DNA of 35,205 nucleotides. Source: a virus (lineage: Duplodnaviria > Heunggongvirae > Uroviricota > Caudoviricetes). The stretch lies in IMG/VR virus record IMGVR_UViG_2588253749_000005, one strand, 5' to 3'. The position numbers were made by a program, and so were the translations under genes. This document shows, one piece after another, positions 18,166 to 27,281 of the stretch. The notes beneath the pieces are model-generated. The model made no database searches. It was given only the letters and a program-made list of their open reading frames with translations, and was not told the DNA's origin. Each line of letters begins with the position of its first letter. The stretch's first letter is position 1.

Positions 18166-18625
18166 CCCACTTGCTCACCAGTTCGCCATTGATATAAAGC
18201 TCCATCGGGCGGGTGACCGGCTCCGGCGGCGTGGGTTCCGGGATATTCTTCACATGCAGCGCGCCGTCCACCTCACTGACCAGCGTGCGCTCGGTCAGCA
18301 TCAGGCTGATGCTGATATCAAAGCTGCTGTCATTGTTGATGTCTGCATAAAACGTGAAACCTTTTTTCTGGCCTTCGTCGGTGGTCATGATGTCGGGCTG
18401 ATTTTCCCGCAGCCACGCCAGCACCGGCACGATGAGCAGGTCAAAATCACCGGTAAAGTCGGTCACAATGACATTGAGCGTGTAACGCTTTTCGAATGAC
18501 AGCGACGTCGCTAGTGTGGAGGCAATACTCCCGTTATCAACGAATATCCGCAGCATATCGGGGTTAGTTTTCAGCACCGTGACGGCATCAGTCAGCGCCC
18601 TGCGCAGGCTGTCGGGTTTGAGCAT
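18158..18625 (-). CDS. R: Tail completion protein R
   Basis: 155 aa, ATG at 18625; P2 gpR. Confidence 0.9.
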   Translation of the reverse strand: MLKPDSLRRALTDAVTVLKTNPDMLRIFVDNGSIASTLATSLSFEKRYTLNVIVTDFTGDFDLLIVPVLAWLRENQPDIMTTDEGQKKGFTFYADINNDSSFDISISLMLTERTLVSEVDGALHVKNIPEPTPPEPVTRPMELYINGELVSKWDE

Positions 18626-18878
18626 CGTTTTCGTCCTGACAGTGTTTAATCATTTTTACCTGGCTGGCACAGCGTGCCAGCGCGTTCTCAAGCTGCCGGA
18701 TATCGGCACTTAAATCGCCGTTCGTCTGCGGGCCACTGCCCGGCATCGGGCAAAGGCTCACTTTCGGGCAGGCGTTGTGGACAATCACTGGCGTCGGTGC
18801 AGGCCGGACGCTGGTGCAACCGGCGCACAGCATCAGGCAGGTCAGCGCCGTACCAGCGGCGAAAATCTTCGTTTTCAT
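18588..18878 (-). CDS. lysC: LysC, Rz1-like outer-membrane lipoprotein spanin
   Basis: 96 aa from the ATG at 18878 with GAGG RBS; signal peptide with lipobox LCAGC; overlaps the 3' part of lysB in another frame. Confidence 0.8.
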   Translation of the reverse strand: MKTKIFAAGTALTCLMLCAGCTSVRPAPTPVIVHNACPKVSLCPMPGSGPQTNGDLSADIRQLENALARCASQVKMIKHCQDENDAQTRQPAQGAD

Positions 18879-19158
18879 TGAGTAACCTCGTGATGGTTTT
18901 CTCGCGCTGTGCTTCACGCTTCGCGGCGTTCTCCAGTTCCTGACGCAGTGCCACCTGCGCCAGCTCGTTTTTGTCTGCCCTGGTGAGTGCAACATGAAGC
19001 TGGTTTTTCAGCATGGTGATGGTCGTCTGCTGTTCACTGGCGACGTTGTTCGCCCTGTCCAGCGAGGCGCGCAGGCTGGCATTTTTATGTTTCACCAGAA
19101 ACAGACCGGCCACCGCCAGCGATAACAACACAACCAGCACAATCATCAGCCTTGACAT
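18688..19158 (-). CDS. lysB: LysB, Rz-like inner-membrane spanin
   Basis: 156 aa, ATG at 19158; N-terminal transmembrane helix then coiled-coil; P2 LysB position. Confidence 0.85.
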   Translation of the reverse strand: MSRLMIVLVVLLSLAVAGLFLVKHKNASLRASLDRANNVASEQQTTITMLKNQLHVALTRADKNELAQVALRQELENAAKREAQREKTITRLLNENEDFRRWYGADLPDAVRRLHQRPACTDASDCPQRLPESEPLPDAGQWPADERRFKCRYPAA

Positions 19159-19571
19159 GGTTCCCGCCCCTCAAGACGCTGACGGCAGGCCGTACATATC
19201 AGCCGGAAGAACAGCGACGCCACGAGATAAATCAGCGCGGTAAAAATCCACCCGGCAGCGACCAGCGAGATAAACGTCGCCACCATCACCACCAGAGCCG
19301 CTGCCCGCCTGCGCCACGGCACCGGCTGCAAACACAGCGACGTGACAATCTTCACGGCCAGCGATTCCGGCGGCAGCTCCCGCCCGTAGCGTTCCAGCAC
19401 ATACTCAGTGGCATACACGCCGACACCAACGGCAACCACACAGATAACCGTCGCCAGAATCGCCCAGGCAGCGACAAAACTGACGGCCACGCTCTGCGGG
19501 TAAATCAGGGACAGTGCCAGCATCAGCGCCAGCGACACGTTCAGCATCAGTGAAAGGGATAATTTCTTCAT
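19146..19571 (-). CDS. lysA: LysA, lysis-timing membrane protein
   Basis: 141 aa, ATG at 19571; multiple transmembrane segments; P2 LysA. Confidence 0.85.
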   Translation of the reverse strand: MKKLSLSLMLNVSLALMLALSLIYPQSVAVSFVAAWAILATVICVVAVGVGVYATEYVLERYGRELPPESLAVKIVTSLCLQPVPWRRRAAALVVMVATFISLVAAGWIFTALIYLVASLFFRLICTACRQRLEGREPCQG

Positions 19572-19585
19572 GGTGTTTACTCCGT

Positions 19586-20083
19586 TTAAGCCGGTACGCC
19601 GCCAGCGGTACGCCAGACGGTGACCAGTTTTTCCAGTGAATGCTCACGCTGACCGTAACCGGCACCCGGCAGGGACGCCCAGATATTGCGACAGCGTGAA
19701 ATGGCGCGCTCAATGCGTCCCGCCCGGATGTCATCCAGTGCACCGCGTTCGCGGATCAACTGAATGGCGAGCCTGTCCTGTGACAACGGACTGAAATCCG
19801 GCAGGGCAAGCTGTTTGCGGTAGTGCGGCCAGAACAGGTAAAGCTGCTGATAGCGACCGGAGGCCGTGGATTTTTCACCGCGACGGTTAAACACCTTCGC
19901 CGGTCGGCCATGCGCGAACGGGTGGTCACTGTAGTCAGTGAAGATTTCCGGCTTTCCGTCCAGTCCGGTGACTATCACGTCATAGCCCCGGTTTTTCGTC
20001 AGCGGATGATTCGCCGTCCCTTCGGACACGGCCAGCATGTCGAGAAAGGCGGCGATATTCTGATGCGTGTTAATTACCGGCAT
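19586..20083 (-). CDS. K: Endolysin K
   Basis: 165 aa, ATG at 20083; P2 gpK. Confidence 0.9.
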   Translation of the reverse strand: MPVINTHQNIAAFLDMLAVSEGTANHPLTKNRGYDVIVTGLDGKPEIFTDYSDHPFAHGRPAKVFNRRGEKSTASGRYQQLYLFWPHYRKQLALPDFSPLSQDRLAIQLIRERGALDDIRAGRIERAISRCRNIWASLPGAGYGQREHSLEKLVTVWRTAGGVPA

Positions 20084-20364
20084 TACTGTTTCCCCCTGCC
20101 CTTAAAGCGGCGCTGAATGGCAATCTCAATCACCTGATAACCGGCGATACCCAGCATGGAGCCGATGCCGCACACCGCAGGCAGTGACAGGTCAGGAAAC
20201 TGCACCAGAACAACACCGGCAACCATCGAGACAAAACCACCGAGCAACATGCGCCCGATAAACAGACGCGGGGTGATGGGTTCACCACCGGCAAGCACCT
20301 TGCCGACAACAATCAGCACCCCAATCATGAAAAGCGACAGGACGCTTTTTTCTTCTGCTGTCAT
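20083..20364 (-). CDS. Y: Holin Y
   Basis: 93 aa, ATG at 20364; hydrophobic; P2 gpY. Confidence 0.88.
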   Translation of the reverse strand: MTAEEKSVLSLFMIGVLIVVGKVLAGGEPITPRLFIGRMLLGGFVSMVAGVVLVQFPDLSLPAVCGIGSMLGIAGYQVIEIAIQRRFKGRGKQ

Positions 20365-20367
20365 GCG

Positions 20368-20571
20368 TTACTCCCACAGATTGACAGTTTCAGCCACGGG
20401 CGCGGTCTGAACGTCGGGCAGTTCGACGGCGGTGCCGTGCGGCAGCACCGCGCCCAGTTCAGCCAGTCCCGGATTTGCGGCGAGCACGGCCTCGACCACG
20501 CCCTCAGTGCGCCCGTAATACCGGACACAAATGGCGTCGAGCGTGTCGCCCTGTAGCGCAAAGGTCTTCAT
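20368..20571 (-). CDS. X: Tail protein X
   Basis: 67 aa from the ATG at 20571 (MKTFALQGDTLDAICVRYYGRTEG...); start overlaps the L stop (TGATG); the track ORF has a 23-codon upstream extension. Confidence 0.85.
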   Translation of the reverse strand: MKTFALQGDTLDAICVRYYGRTEGVVEAVLAANPGLAELGAVLPHGTAVELPDVQTAPVAETVNLWE

Positions 20572-21080
20572 CAGATTTGACTCACGATGCAGCGCGACTT
20601 GTCCTGGATGCGCGCCACTGCCCAGCGCATATCCCGCCACAGCTCATCAATGGTGCTGTCTATGCTGTCGGCCTTTTTGTCGCCCTTGGCACTGGCATCC
20701 ACGCCGCGATAACGCTCATAAAGCGACGCGGTCGCCATCGCACACACGGCGCGCTCGTAGTAAAAAACTTTGATGCTTTCACCGTCGATGTCGTCCGCCG
20801 GGACGTCCGCCAGACGCGTAAAACCGGCGGCAATTTTCTGTTCGCGATACTCGTACAGCTCCGCATTCGTCTCCGCCATGCCTGACTTGATGGCCTCTCG
20901 CAGACGGGCGGGGGCGACGGTCTGCTCAAGGCGCATACGTTCCCGGACGCGCTTCGGGTCGATATCGGGAAAAAAGAACGTGTTTTTAATCACCGGCTCG
21001 TCGCCTGCCGGTTGCGGGATGACCACCGTACCCTCACCGGACACGGGAGCCTCCTTTCGCGGAATAATCAGCGTCATCAT
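20571..21080 (-). CDS. L: Capsid completion protein L
   Basis: 169 aa from the ATG at 21080 (MMTLIIPRKEAPVSGEG...); P2 gpL. Confidence 0.88.
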   Translation of the reverse strand: MMTLIIPRKEAPVSGEGTVVIPQPAGDEPVIKNTFFFPDIDPKRVRERMRLEQTVAPARLREAIKSGMAETNAELYEYREQKIAAGFTRLADVPADDIDGESIKVFYYERAVCAMATASLYERYRGVDASAKGDKKADSIDSTIDELWRDMRWAVARIQDKSRCIVSQI

Positions 21081-21179
21081 GACTACCTCTGAAAAGTCGG
21101 GCGGTGGACGCCGGTGCAGTGTCAGGTGATTCACCCTCACTGACCGGCGTGCCGCCCTGGCGCGGGGCGCATTCGGTTG

Positions 21180-21917
21180 TTAACTGGCTTTCTTTTTCGG
21201 GCGTCCACGTTTTGCCGGTGTCGCACTCCGGGTCTTACGCGGGGCGCGGGTGACCGCTTTTGGCTCCGGCTTCGGTTTCAGCTCCCGCTCCAGTCGTTCA
21301 ATCTCTTTTTTGACGCCTGCCTGACAGTCGAGCTGTGTCGCACGTTGCAGGTGTGCCAGCGCACCTGCGGCATCACCACCGTCACGCAGAAACAGACCGG
21401 TGATTTTGTGCAGCTTTGCGCGCACTTCATCAGGCATGTCAGCCGTGGCGGTCAGTTCAAGGGTGTCCGTCAGCAGGCGGGGATCCACAGACTCACCGGC
21501 AGCGTGAGCGCGCATGGCCGCAAGCGCCACCTCCTCGGTGAACATGTACGGCGGGGTGCGGCGGTGTTTACCCGGCATGGTCAGACCGTACTTCAGGGCA
21601 TAACGGGCAATCTCCAGCGCACCGGCAATATCGCCGGTATCCAGACGCCACAGCATGACCGTCATCAGAATGTCATCCTGTGCACCTTTGCCCTGCTCCA
21701 GCACGCCGTTCACCCACGGCAACCAGAACGGCAGCAGTTCGCGCTTTTTCGCGGCCTTCAGCTCTTTTGAATAAATCGCTTTCAGTGTGCGCTGGTCTGC
21801 GGCGAGCTTAACCAGCATCTGCTCATAGACAGTTGCATGTCGCAGCGGGGCGGCTTCCCGCTGCGCGGTCATCGCTGCCGAGACCCGCATCATGTGGCGC
21901 TGTGCGGGACTCGTCAT
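21180..21917 (-). CDS. M: Terminase endonuclease (small) subunit M
   Basis: 245 aa, ATG at 21917; P2 gpM. Confidence 0.9.
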   Translation of the reverse strand: MTSPAQRHMMRVSAAMTAQREAAPLRHATVYEQMLVKLAADQRTLKAIYSKELKAAKKRELLPFWLPWVNGVLEQGKGAQDDILMTVMLWRLDTGDIAGALEIARYALKYGLTMPGKHRRTPPYMFTEEVALAAMRAHAAGESVDPRLLTDTLELTATADMPDEVRAKLHKITGLFLRDGGDAAGALAHLQRATQLDCQAGVKKEIERLERELKPKPEPKAVTRAPRKTRSATPAKRGRPKKKAS

Positions 21918-21920
21918 CGG

Positions 21921-22994
21921 TTACGCTCCCGGCTCTGCGGTCGCCTTAGCCGGTGTGGAGAAATCACCGACCTTAATTTTTTCCACCAGACAACCGGCGG
22001 CGTAGTCTTCCACCACGTAATCAATGTTCATTGACTCGTAGTTCTCCACGCGGTCGAGTTTCGGGTTTTCCTCAATCACGCGGCGATGGCTGTCATCCAT
22101 GTAGTAGATGGACAGGTTTTCCAGCTTCGTGATGAGCATCGCATCCGCCGGGAAGTACGGGACGCGTACCGCTGGCAGGTTGCCGATGCGTTTCTGGCTG
22201 ATGATGACGTCAGCGGCCAGCATTTCGCTGTTGTCCTGCTCCCTGTTGACGATGGGGAAATACTTGTCCGCCAGTAGCTGACGCCCCACAATCACCACAA
22301 GGTCAGGGTCTTCCTGATACCACGGCTCAATCAGGTTGTTGGTCGCATCCATCACCAGTGCATCGAGGCTGGCATAATCACCGCCCTTACCCACGCGGAT
22401 GACCTCAGAGGTCGTGTGACCTTCCTCGTCAGTAACCTTGCTCATCACGCGCGCCGGGGCTTCATTGCGGTATTTCTGCAGCCAGCCGACCGCCACATCC
22501 TGCAGCATCTGGTTACTGCTGCGGTCAGAGGTTTCGGCACGCCTCACGCCGTTAAAACCGGCCATGATTAAATCAAGGGACTGGCGTTTGATAATGGCGT
22601 TACGGACACGGAGCTGGAAATCCTGATAACGCGCCCACAGGTCCAGCGTTTTGTAGCGGATATAAAAATCGAAGTTAATCTGGTCGCATTCGTACTTGTT
22701 TGACGCCAGCTTCGAGAAGTCCTTCGGCTGACGCTCGGTGCCACCGGCGGTGTCGGTGGTGCTGGCGATGGAGCCGGTGACACCGATGCCAATTTTTTCC
22801 CCTTTCATTTCGCTGACCGGCACAATGTTGATGCGGGTCAGAAAGTCAGAGGACTCCTGCATGGTGTTCATCAGGGTCTGGGTGACCGACGGTTCAACGG
22901 TGAATTTTTTCGACACATCACCGGCGTCGATGCCGTTCAGTTCGGCAACACGGGACAGGTAAGCATTAAATTTAAAGCGGGTTTCCTGGCGCAT
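21921..22994 (-). CDS. N: Major capsid protein N
   Basis: 357 aa, ATG at 22994; P2 gpN. Confidence 0.92.
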   Translation of the reverse strand: MRQETRFKFNAYLSRVAELNGIDAGDVSKKFTVEPSVTQTLMNTMQESSDFLTRINIVPVSEMKGEKIGIGVTGSIASTTDTAGGTERQPKDFSKLASNKYECDQINFDFYIRYKTLDLWARYQDFQLRVRNAIIKRQSLDLIMAGFNGVRRAETSDRSSNQMLQDVAVGWLQKYRNEAPARVMSKVTDEEGHTTSEVIRVGKGGDYASLDALVMDATNNLIEPWYQEDPDLVVIVGRQLLADKYFPIVNREQDNSEMLAADVIISQKRIGNLPAVRVPYFPADAMLITKLENLSIYYMDDSHRRVIEENPKLDRVENYESMNIDYVVEDYAAGCLVEKIKVGDFSTPAKATAEPGA

Positions 22995-23052
22995 AGTTTT
23001 TCCTGAAATTAAGGGTTAATCGTGAAGGTTTTCCCGGACTGACTGACGCCGG

Positions 23053-23907
23053 TCAGCAGTTCGTCATCAGGGCGTCACCGCCACCACCGGTGGCCTTGCT
23101 GCGGCGCTGCTGGGTCAGACTTTCGGTGTGGTCGAGACTGTTTTTCAGGCGGGTGAATGCCTGGCTGGTTTCATCCGCCCTGTCAGTCACCTCCTGCTTA
23201 AGTGCGGAAAAGGCGGTTTCCATCTCAGAGAGGCGCTGCTCAGTGGCGCTCAGTTTTTCCTGCACATGTTCAGCAACAGCGGTCACCGCTTCATGCACGT
23301 CATTCAGACGGGCGTCATCGCTGGCCTGTTTGCGGCCAAAAATGGATTTCACCTTTTCGGTCAGGGCGGTGAACACGGTTTCAGGCAGGTCTTCAAATTC
23401 CAGCTCAACAGGCGTTGCCACTGAAATCAGGTTTTCAGGGCTTAATTTGAAGCGGTTCAGGGGGTTGTGTTTTGCCGTGCGGCAGAATTCCAGGTATTCC
23501 GTGCCGAGGCTTGCCGGGTCATCGGTGACGGCCAGACCCACCAGATAACATTTGCCGGTGTTGGCAAAGTTCGGCTGAATTTCCATTGAGGTGTAGACCT
23601 TCTGCGCGGCCTTGTTCATCGCGATAAGGTCATCGGTCGGGGTGATTTTCGCAAACAGCGCCCATTTGCCTTTCAGCGCCGAATCATCGTCAATCTTTTC
23701 GGCCTTCAGTTCGGCCACATCGCCATAACGCTTAAAAATACCGTCAGGCAGGATGCCGCGCAGATGTTCCAGGTTAATGCGGCAACCATAGACTCGCGGG
23801 TCAAAGGTTTCGGCCATTTCCTGAATATCCTGCGCACTGATGACACGCCCGTCACAGGTGTCACCCTCAACGCCGATACGAAAGAATTTTGAGACTTTTT
23901 TTGCCAT
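23053..23907 (-). CDS. O: Capsid scaffolding protein O
   Basis: 284 aa from the ATG at 23907 (MAKKVSKFFRIGVEGDTCDGRVISA...); the track ORF has a 22-codon upstream extension. Confidence 0.9.
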   Translation of the reverse strand: MAKKVSKFFRIGVEGDTCDGRVISAQDIQEMAETFDPRVYGCRINLEHLRGILPDGIFKRYGDVAELKAEKIDDDSALKGKWALFAKITPTDDLIAMNKAAQKVYTSMEIQPNFANTGKCYLVGLAVTDDPASLGTEYLEFCRTAKHNPLNRFKLSPENLISVATPVELEFEDLPETVFTALTEKVKSIFGRKQASDDARLNDVHEAVTAVAEHVQEKLSATEQRLSEMETAFSALKQEVTDRADETSQAFTRLKNSLDHTESLTQQRRSKATGGGGDALMTNC

Positions 23908-24080
23908 TGTCAGGAGTCCTGAATAGTGATTAGAGGAGTCACATGTCGGCATCAGTTTCCCGACGATGCGCATCCTCCGCCATCAGTCCCGGATGGCTTA
24001 TCACTGACACAACAGCACCTTAGCGAATCGCGGGGCGCGACTCAGTAGCCTTGCCGTGTATTCATCACGGCGAGGTATTC
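23908..24080. promoter_or_regulatory. Divergent late-promoter region between O and P
   Basis: 173-bp intergenic region between divergent late genes O (minus) and P (plus), where P2 has its Ogr-dependent divergent late promoters; called by position, no perfect TGT-N12-ACA dyad found. Confidence 0.45.
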
Positions 24081-25853
24081 ATGACCATCACCACAGACAC
24101 CACTCTTTTACACGACCCGCGTCGTCAGGCGGCGCTGCTGTACTGGCAGGGATTTTCCGTGCCGCAGATTGCCGCCATGTTGCAGATGAAACGCCCGACG
24201 GTGCAGAGCTGGAAACAGCGCGACGGCTGGGACAGCGTTGCCCCCATCAGCCGTGTCGAAATGAGTCTGGAAGCGCGGCTGACCCAGCTCATCATCAAAC
24301 CGCAGAAAACCGGCGGTGATTTCAAGGAAATTGACCTGCTGGGACGCCAGATTGAACGACTGGCACGGGTAAACCGCTACAGCCAGACCGGCAACGAGGC
24401 AGACCTTAATCCGAACGTCGCTAACCGCAACAAAGGCGGGCGGCGCAAACCGAAAAAGAATTTTTTCAGTGACGAGGCCATCGAAAAGCTGGAGCAGATT
24501 TTCTTTGAGCAGTCTTTCGATTATCAGTTGCACTGGTATCGCGCCGGGCTTGAGCACCGCATCCGCGATATCCTGAAATCCCGCCAGATTGGCGCGACGT
24601 TTTATTTTTCCCGCGAGGCGCTGCTGCGCGCCCTGAAAACCGGTCATAACCAGATTTTTCTGTCGGCCAGTAAAACGCAGGCGTATGTGTTCCGTGAATA
24701 CATCATCGCCTTTGCCCGTCTGGTTGATGTTGACCTGACCGGTGACCCGATTGTCCTGGGCAATAACGGCGCAAAACTGATTTTTCTCGGCACCAACTCC
24801 AACACCGCGCAGAGCCATAACGGCGACCTGTACGTCGACGAGATTTTCTGGATCCCGAATTTTCAGGTGCTGCGTAAGGTGGCATCAGGTATGGCCTCAC
24901 AGAGTCACCTGCGATCGACCTATTTCTCCACCCCGTCCACGCTGGCGCACGACGCCTACCCGTTCTGGTCGGGTGAACTGTTCAACTGGGGACGCGCCAG
25001 CGCCGCCGAACGCGTGGAAATCGACGTCAGTCATAACGCCCTTGCCGGTGGGCTTCTCTGTGCGGACGGCCAGTGGCGGCAGATTGTCACCATTGAGGAC
25101 GCCCTGAAAGGCGGCTGCACGCTGTTCGACATTGAGCAGCTCAAACGCGAAAACAGCGCCGACGATTTTAAAAACCTGTTCATGTGTGAATTTGTTGACG
25201 ACAAGGCGTCGGTGTTCCCGTTCGAGGAGCTGCAACGCTGTATGGTCGACACGCTGGAAGAATGGGAAGACTATGCGCCGTTTGCCGCCAATCCGTTCGG
25301 CTCCCGCCCGGTATGGATTGGTTACGACCCGTCACACCGTGGCGACAGCGCCGGATGCGTGGTGCTGGCACCGCCGGTGGTGGCCGGTGGCAAATTCAGA
25401 ATACTTGAGCGTCACCAGTGGAAAGGCATGGACTTTGCCACCCAGGCTGAATCCATCCGCAAACTCACCGAAAAATACAACGTCGAATACATCGGTATTG
25501 ATGCCACCGGCCTCGGTGTCGGCGTGTTCCAGCTCGTGCGCTCGTTCTATCCCGCCGCGCGCGACATCCGCTACACGCCGGAAATGAAAACCGCAATGGT
25601 GCTCAAGGCAAAAGACGTCATCCGCCGTGGCTGTCTGGAATATGACGTCAGCGCCACCGACATCACCAGCTCGTTTATGGCTATCCGCAAGACCATGACC
25701 AGCAGCGGACGCAGCGCCACCTATGAGGCCAGCCGCAGCGAGGAAGCCAGCCACGCCGACCTCGCCTGGGCGACCATGCACGCCCTGTTAAATGAGCCAC
25801 TCACCGCCGGTATCAGCACCCCGCTGACATCCACCATTCTGGAGTTTTACTGA
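24081..25853 (+). CDS. P: Terminase large (ATPase) subunit P
   Basis: 590 aa from the ATG at 24081 with GAGG RBS (MTITTDTTLLHDPRRQAALLYWQG...); P2 gpP. Confidence 0.92.
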   Translation: MTITTDTTLLHDPRRQAALLYWQGFSVPQIAAMLQMKRPTVQSWKQRDGWDSVAPISRVEMSLEARLTQLIIKPQKTGGDFKEIDLLGRQIERLARVNRYSQTGNEADLNPNVANRNKGGRRKPKKNFFSDEAIEKLEQIFFEQSFDYQLHWYRAGLEHRIRDILKSRQIGATFYFSREALLRALKTGHNQIFLSASKTQAYVFREYIIAFARLVDVDLTGDPIVLGNNGAKLIFLGTNSNTAQSHNGDLYVDEIFWIPNFQVLRKVASGMASQSHLRSTYFSTPSTLAHDAYPFWSGELFNWGRASAAERVEIDVSHNALAGGLLCADGQWRQIVTIEDALKGGCTLFDIEQLKRENSADDFKNLFMCEFVDDKASVFPFEELQRCMVDTLEEWEDYAPFAANPFGSRPVWIGYDPSHRGDSAGCVVLAPPVVAGGKFRILERHQWKGMDFATQAESIRKLTEKYNVEYIGIDATGLGVGVFQLVRSFYPAARDIRYTPEMKTAMVLKAKDVIRRGCLEYDVSATDITSSFMAIRKTMTSSGRSATYEASRSEEASHADLAWATMHALLNEPLTAGISTPLTSTILEFY

Positions 25854-26887
25854 TGAGCAAGAAAAAAGGGAAAACACCGCAACCTGCGGCAAAAAAAATG
25901 ACCGCCAGCGCCCCGAAAATGGAGGCATTCACCTTTGGTGAGCCGGTGCCGGTACTCGACCGCCGTGACATTCTGGATTACGTCGAGTGCATCAGTAACG
26001 GCAGATGGTATGAGCCGCCGGTCAGCTTTACCGGTCTGGCGAAAAGCCTGCGTGCTGCCGTGCATCACAGCTCGCCGATTTACGTCAAACGCAATATTCT
26101 GGCCTCGACATTTATCCCGCATCCGTGGCTTTCGCAACAGGATTTCAGCCGCTTTGTGCTGGATTTTCTGGTGTTCGGTAATGCGTTTCTGGAAAAGCGT
26201 TACAGCACCACCGGTAAGGTCATCAGACTGGAAACCTCACCGGCAAAATATACCCGCCGTGGCGTGGAAGAGGATGTTTACTGGTGGGTGCCGTCCTTCA
26301 ACGAGCCGACAGCCTTCGCGCCCGGCTCCGTGTTTCACCTGCTGGAGCCGGATATTAATCAGGAGCTGTACGGCCTGCCGGAATATCTCAGCGCCCTTAA
26401 CTCTGCCTGGCTGAATGAGTCGGCCACGTTGTTCCGCCGCAAGTATTACGAAAATGGCGCACATGCCGGATACATCATGTACGTCACCGATGCCGTGCAG
26501 GATCGCAACGATATCGAAATGCTTCGCGAAAACATGGTCAAGTCGAAAGGCCGCAACAACTTTAAAAACCTGTTTCTCTATGCCCCACAGGGGAAAGCCG
26601 ACGGCATTAAAATTATCCCCCTCAGTGAAGTGGCGACGAAGGACGATTTTTTTAATATCAAAAAAGCCAGCGCCGCTGACCTGCTGGACGCGCACCGCAT
26701 CCCCTTTCAGTTGATGGGTGGCAAGCCGGAGAACGTCGGGTCGCTGGGTGATATTGAGAAAGTGGCAAAGGTCTTTGTCCGCAATGAGCTTATCCCGTTA
26801 CAGGACAGGATCCGCGAGATAAACGGCTGGCTCGGTCAGGAGGTCATCCGCTTTAAAAACTACTCACTGGACACTGACAACGACTGA
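25853..26887 (+). CDS. Q: Portal protein Q
   Basis: 344 aa, ATG at 25853 overlapping the P stop; P2 gpQ. Confidence 0.92.
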   Translation: MSKKKGKTPQPAAKKMTASAPKMEAFTFGEPVPVLDRRDILDYVECISNGRWYEPPVSFTGLAKSLRAAVHHSSPIYVKRNILASTFIPHPWLSQQDFSRFVLDFLVFGNAFLEKRYSTTGKVIRLETSPAKYTRRGVEEDVYWWVPSFNEPTAFAPGSVFHLLEPDINQELYGLPEYLSALNSAWLNESATLFRRKYYENGAHAGYIMYVTDAVQDRNDIEMLRENMVKSKGRNNFKNLFLYAPQGKADGIKIIPLSEVATKDDFFNIKKASAADLLDAHRIPFQLMGGKPENVGSLGDIEKVAKVFVRNELIPLQDRIREINGWLGQEVIRFKNYSLDTDND

Positions 26888-26892
26888 ACATC

Positions 26893-26914
26893 GCCGCCTG
26901 CGGGCGGCTTTTTT
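26893..26914 (+). terminator. Intrinsic terminator after Q
   Basis: GCCGCC-tgcg-GGCGGC followed by TTTTTT, 6 nt after the Q stop. Confidence 0.8.
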
Positions 26915-27056
26915 ACACCCCGTCATCCCCCCCCTCACACGCTCACCACCGCACAAAACACCCCGCAGACACACAACGCCTCAACGGGCAGACTAAGTGC
27001 CGTCACGACGCGCTGAGACGCTGAAAAAATACAATCAGCACCACCGTCAGCGCGCA

Positions 27057-27075
27057 GTGCTTTCCCCGCCTCGCC
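27057..27075 (-). other. cos cohesive-end site (19 nt)
   Basis: gtgctttccccgcctcgcc is the reverse complement of the P2 cohesive end GGCGAGGCGGGGAAAGCAC as I recall it; located next to Q as expected. Confidence 0.7.
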
Positions 27076-27281
27076 CGCCCGCTTCATGGGGCGGTTTTAA
27101 TGCAGTTGCATGACCACTCAACTAGCGCGCCAGTCCTGATGTCGCCAGGCAGTTATTGTTCTCTGACTTGCGTGCGCTTCGATGCAGAGTAATGCACTTC
27201 CTGAATTGCTCGCATTCGCATCGTTATCATGATAGAAAACAGGTAGTTATTTGTGCGCAACTTAAGAAGAAATCACTAATT

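Noticed and set aside
27156-27281. 42-codon N-terminal extension of the reverse transcriptase ORF in the track
   Set aside because: It begins at a non-ATG codon next to the cos region; the ATG at 27282 gives an N-terminus typical of a protein start.
26888-27281. Possible retron msr/msd ncRNA upstream of the reverse transcriptase
   Set aside because: Only short imperfect inverted repeats were seen by eye and no convincing flanking repeat pair; it cannot be excluded without a covariance-model search.
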